Of a stretch of DNA of 64,000 bases, positions 61,131 through 64,000 are shown in pieces. A program made the position numbers and the translations under genes. The notes under the pieces were generated by a model that was given only the letters and a program-made list of their open reading frames with translations, was not told where the DNA came from and searched no databases. The stretch lies in NCBI RefSeq assembly GCF_009914755.1, contig NC_060947.1; one strand, 5' to 3'. How positions within the stretch are numbered: the first letter of the stretch is position 1; each line of letters opens with the position of its first letter. This DNA comes from the human T2T-CHM13v2.0 reference genome, Homo sapiens.

Positions 61131-61491
61131 TGAAGTAGCATTTCTACCCTGTTTAATAATTCAGCAGCTTGTCATGTAAGATATTCATATATGCATATAA
61201 AACATTAGGCAGCTTAATTTGGTAAAACTGTAAAATGGAAATTTTAAATTGTTTGCAGCATCAATAACATTGATGTCAGTATGATTTTTACATGCTGATC
61301 TTGACCAATTTGAAACAGTGAGTTAAAATCTGGCTGATCCGTACTAATCCTAAAGAAATATTCTATGAACTATTAAATGTTTCCAGAATATATAAAGAAA
61401 CATTATGATGTCAACACACCCATCTATTTTTTTTTGGAAATAAAAACTCCATTTTTCTTATTAAAGAAAACATGCTTATTAGAAAACATAC

Positions 61492-61800
61492 GGCTGGGTG
61501 CAGTGGCACACATGTAATTCCAGTGCTTTGGGAGATCGAGGTGGGAGAATCACTTGAGGCCAGGAGTTTGAGACCAGCCTAGACAACATAATGAGACCCC
61601 CTCTCTACACAAAAAGAATTAGTTGTGCATGGTGGCGTGCACCTGTAGTCCCAGCTACTTGGGAGGCAGAGGCAGGAGCATCCCTTGAGCCTAGGAGTTT
61701 GAGACTGCAGGAGTTCGAGACTGAGTGGAATGCAGTGGAACTGCATTCCAGCCTGAGTGACAGAGGGAGACCCTGTCTTAAAAAAATAAGAAAGAAAACA
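61492..61800 (+). mobile_element. AluJ
   Basis: Sense dimer. Confidence 0.88.
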
Positions 61801-62218
61801 CAACTGCAGAAAATTATAAAGGATTTAAGTCATTCCAAATATCACTGCCACTTTTTATTTAGAATATTCTAAAGAATTCTCTCTCTGTGTACACACACAC
61901 ATATGCGTACTCTTAATCCAAGTAGCTTGGTAGGATTTTATTTACCTAGTGCCTAGATGGGAAATTGCCTGGGGATTCCAAATACCTATTTCATTAAATT
62001 AAAGATGTCACTGATTTTAAGACTTAACACTATTTTTCATACTGCCAAGAAAGAAAACACTACCAGTTATAAATGTAAATTGCCATCAATTGTAATACAT
62101 CAATTTTAGAGCTATTATTAATAAAATGTGAATGTGCATCTTAGAGCAATGAAATATAGTACTATATATTTGATGACCTTTTCTGCCCTGTGATATTCAG
62201 AAAGTGAAAGTTAAATAT

Positions 62219-63906
<1,688 letters not shown>

Positions 63907-63924
63907 AAAACGATAACTTAAAAT

Positions 63925-63988
63925 ACACACACACACACACACACACAAACACATATGTGTATTTGTGTGTGTGTGTGTGTGTGTGTGT
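63925..63988. repeat. (AC)n-AAACACATATGTGTATTT-(GT)12 near-perfect palindrome
   Basis: Arms are reverse complements around a central CATATG, with a 2-nt bulge. Confidence 0.9.
63958..63985 (-). other. Cryptic 12-RSS in HPRT1 intron 3
   Basis: Minus strand reads CACACAC - 12 nt - ACAAATACA, about 20 kb from the intron-1 heptamer. Confidence 0.7.
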
Positions 63989-64000
63989 CTCAAAAGGTAT

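Overview
Human (hominid) X-chromosome DNA, Xq26. The window holds the 3' end of PHF6 on the + strand: coding exons at 320-453 and 8350-8479, a 330-nt intron starting immediately after the stop codon, and a long 3' UTR ending near 11940. About 31 kb of repeat-rich intergenic DNA follows. The 5' half of HPRT1 comes next, also on +: a CpG-island promoter, exon 1 CDS 43475-43501, exon 2 56524-56630 and exon 3 58347-58530. Much of the rest is interspersed repeat: about 60 Alus, old L1/L2/MIR, ERVL/MaLR LTRs, MER3/MER5 and a fragmented hAT transposase fossil. Nearly all ORFs in the supplied track are Alu or low-complexity artefacts. I found no new multi-gene system. The strongest leads are: (1) a BRAWNIN/UQCC6 (C12orf73) retrocopy in HPRT1 intron 1 that keeps a 54-codon ORF; (2) a (CA)n/(TG)n palindrome at the window end that encodes two back-to-back cryptic 12-RSSs, partnering the intron-1 cryptic RSS; (3) several TSD-flanked non-canonical insertions, including an ancient L1M piece trapped inside a younger Alu, a probable L1 3' transduction, an orphan mRNA 3'-end retrocopy and an LTR micro-retrocopy; (4) isoform-dependent NMD and miRNA/APA logic in the PHF6 3' end. 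Repeat family names and parent-protein matches come from memory, not from searches. Repeat boundaries are approximate.
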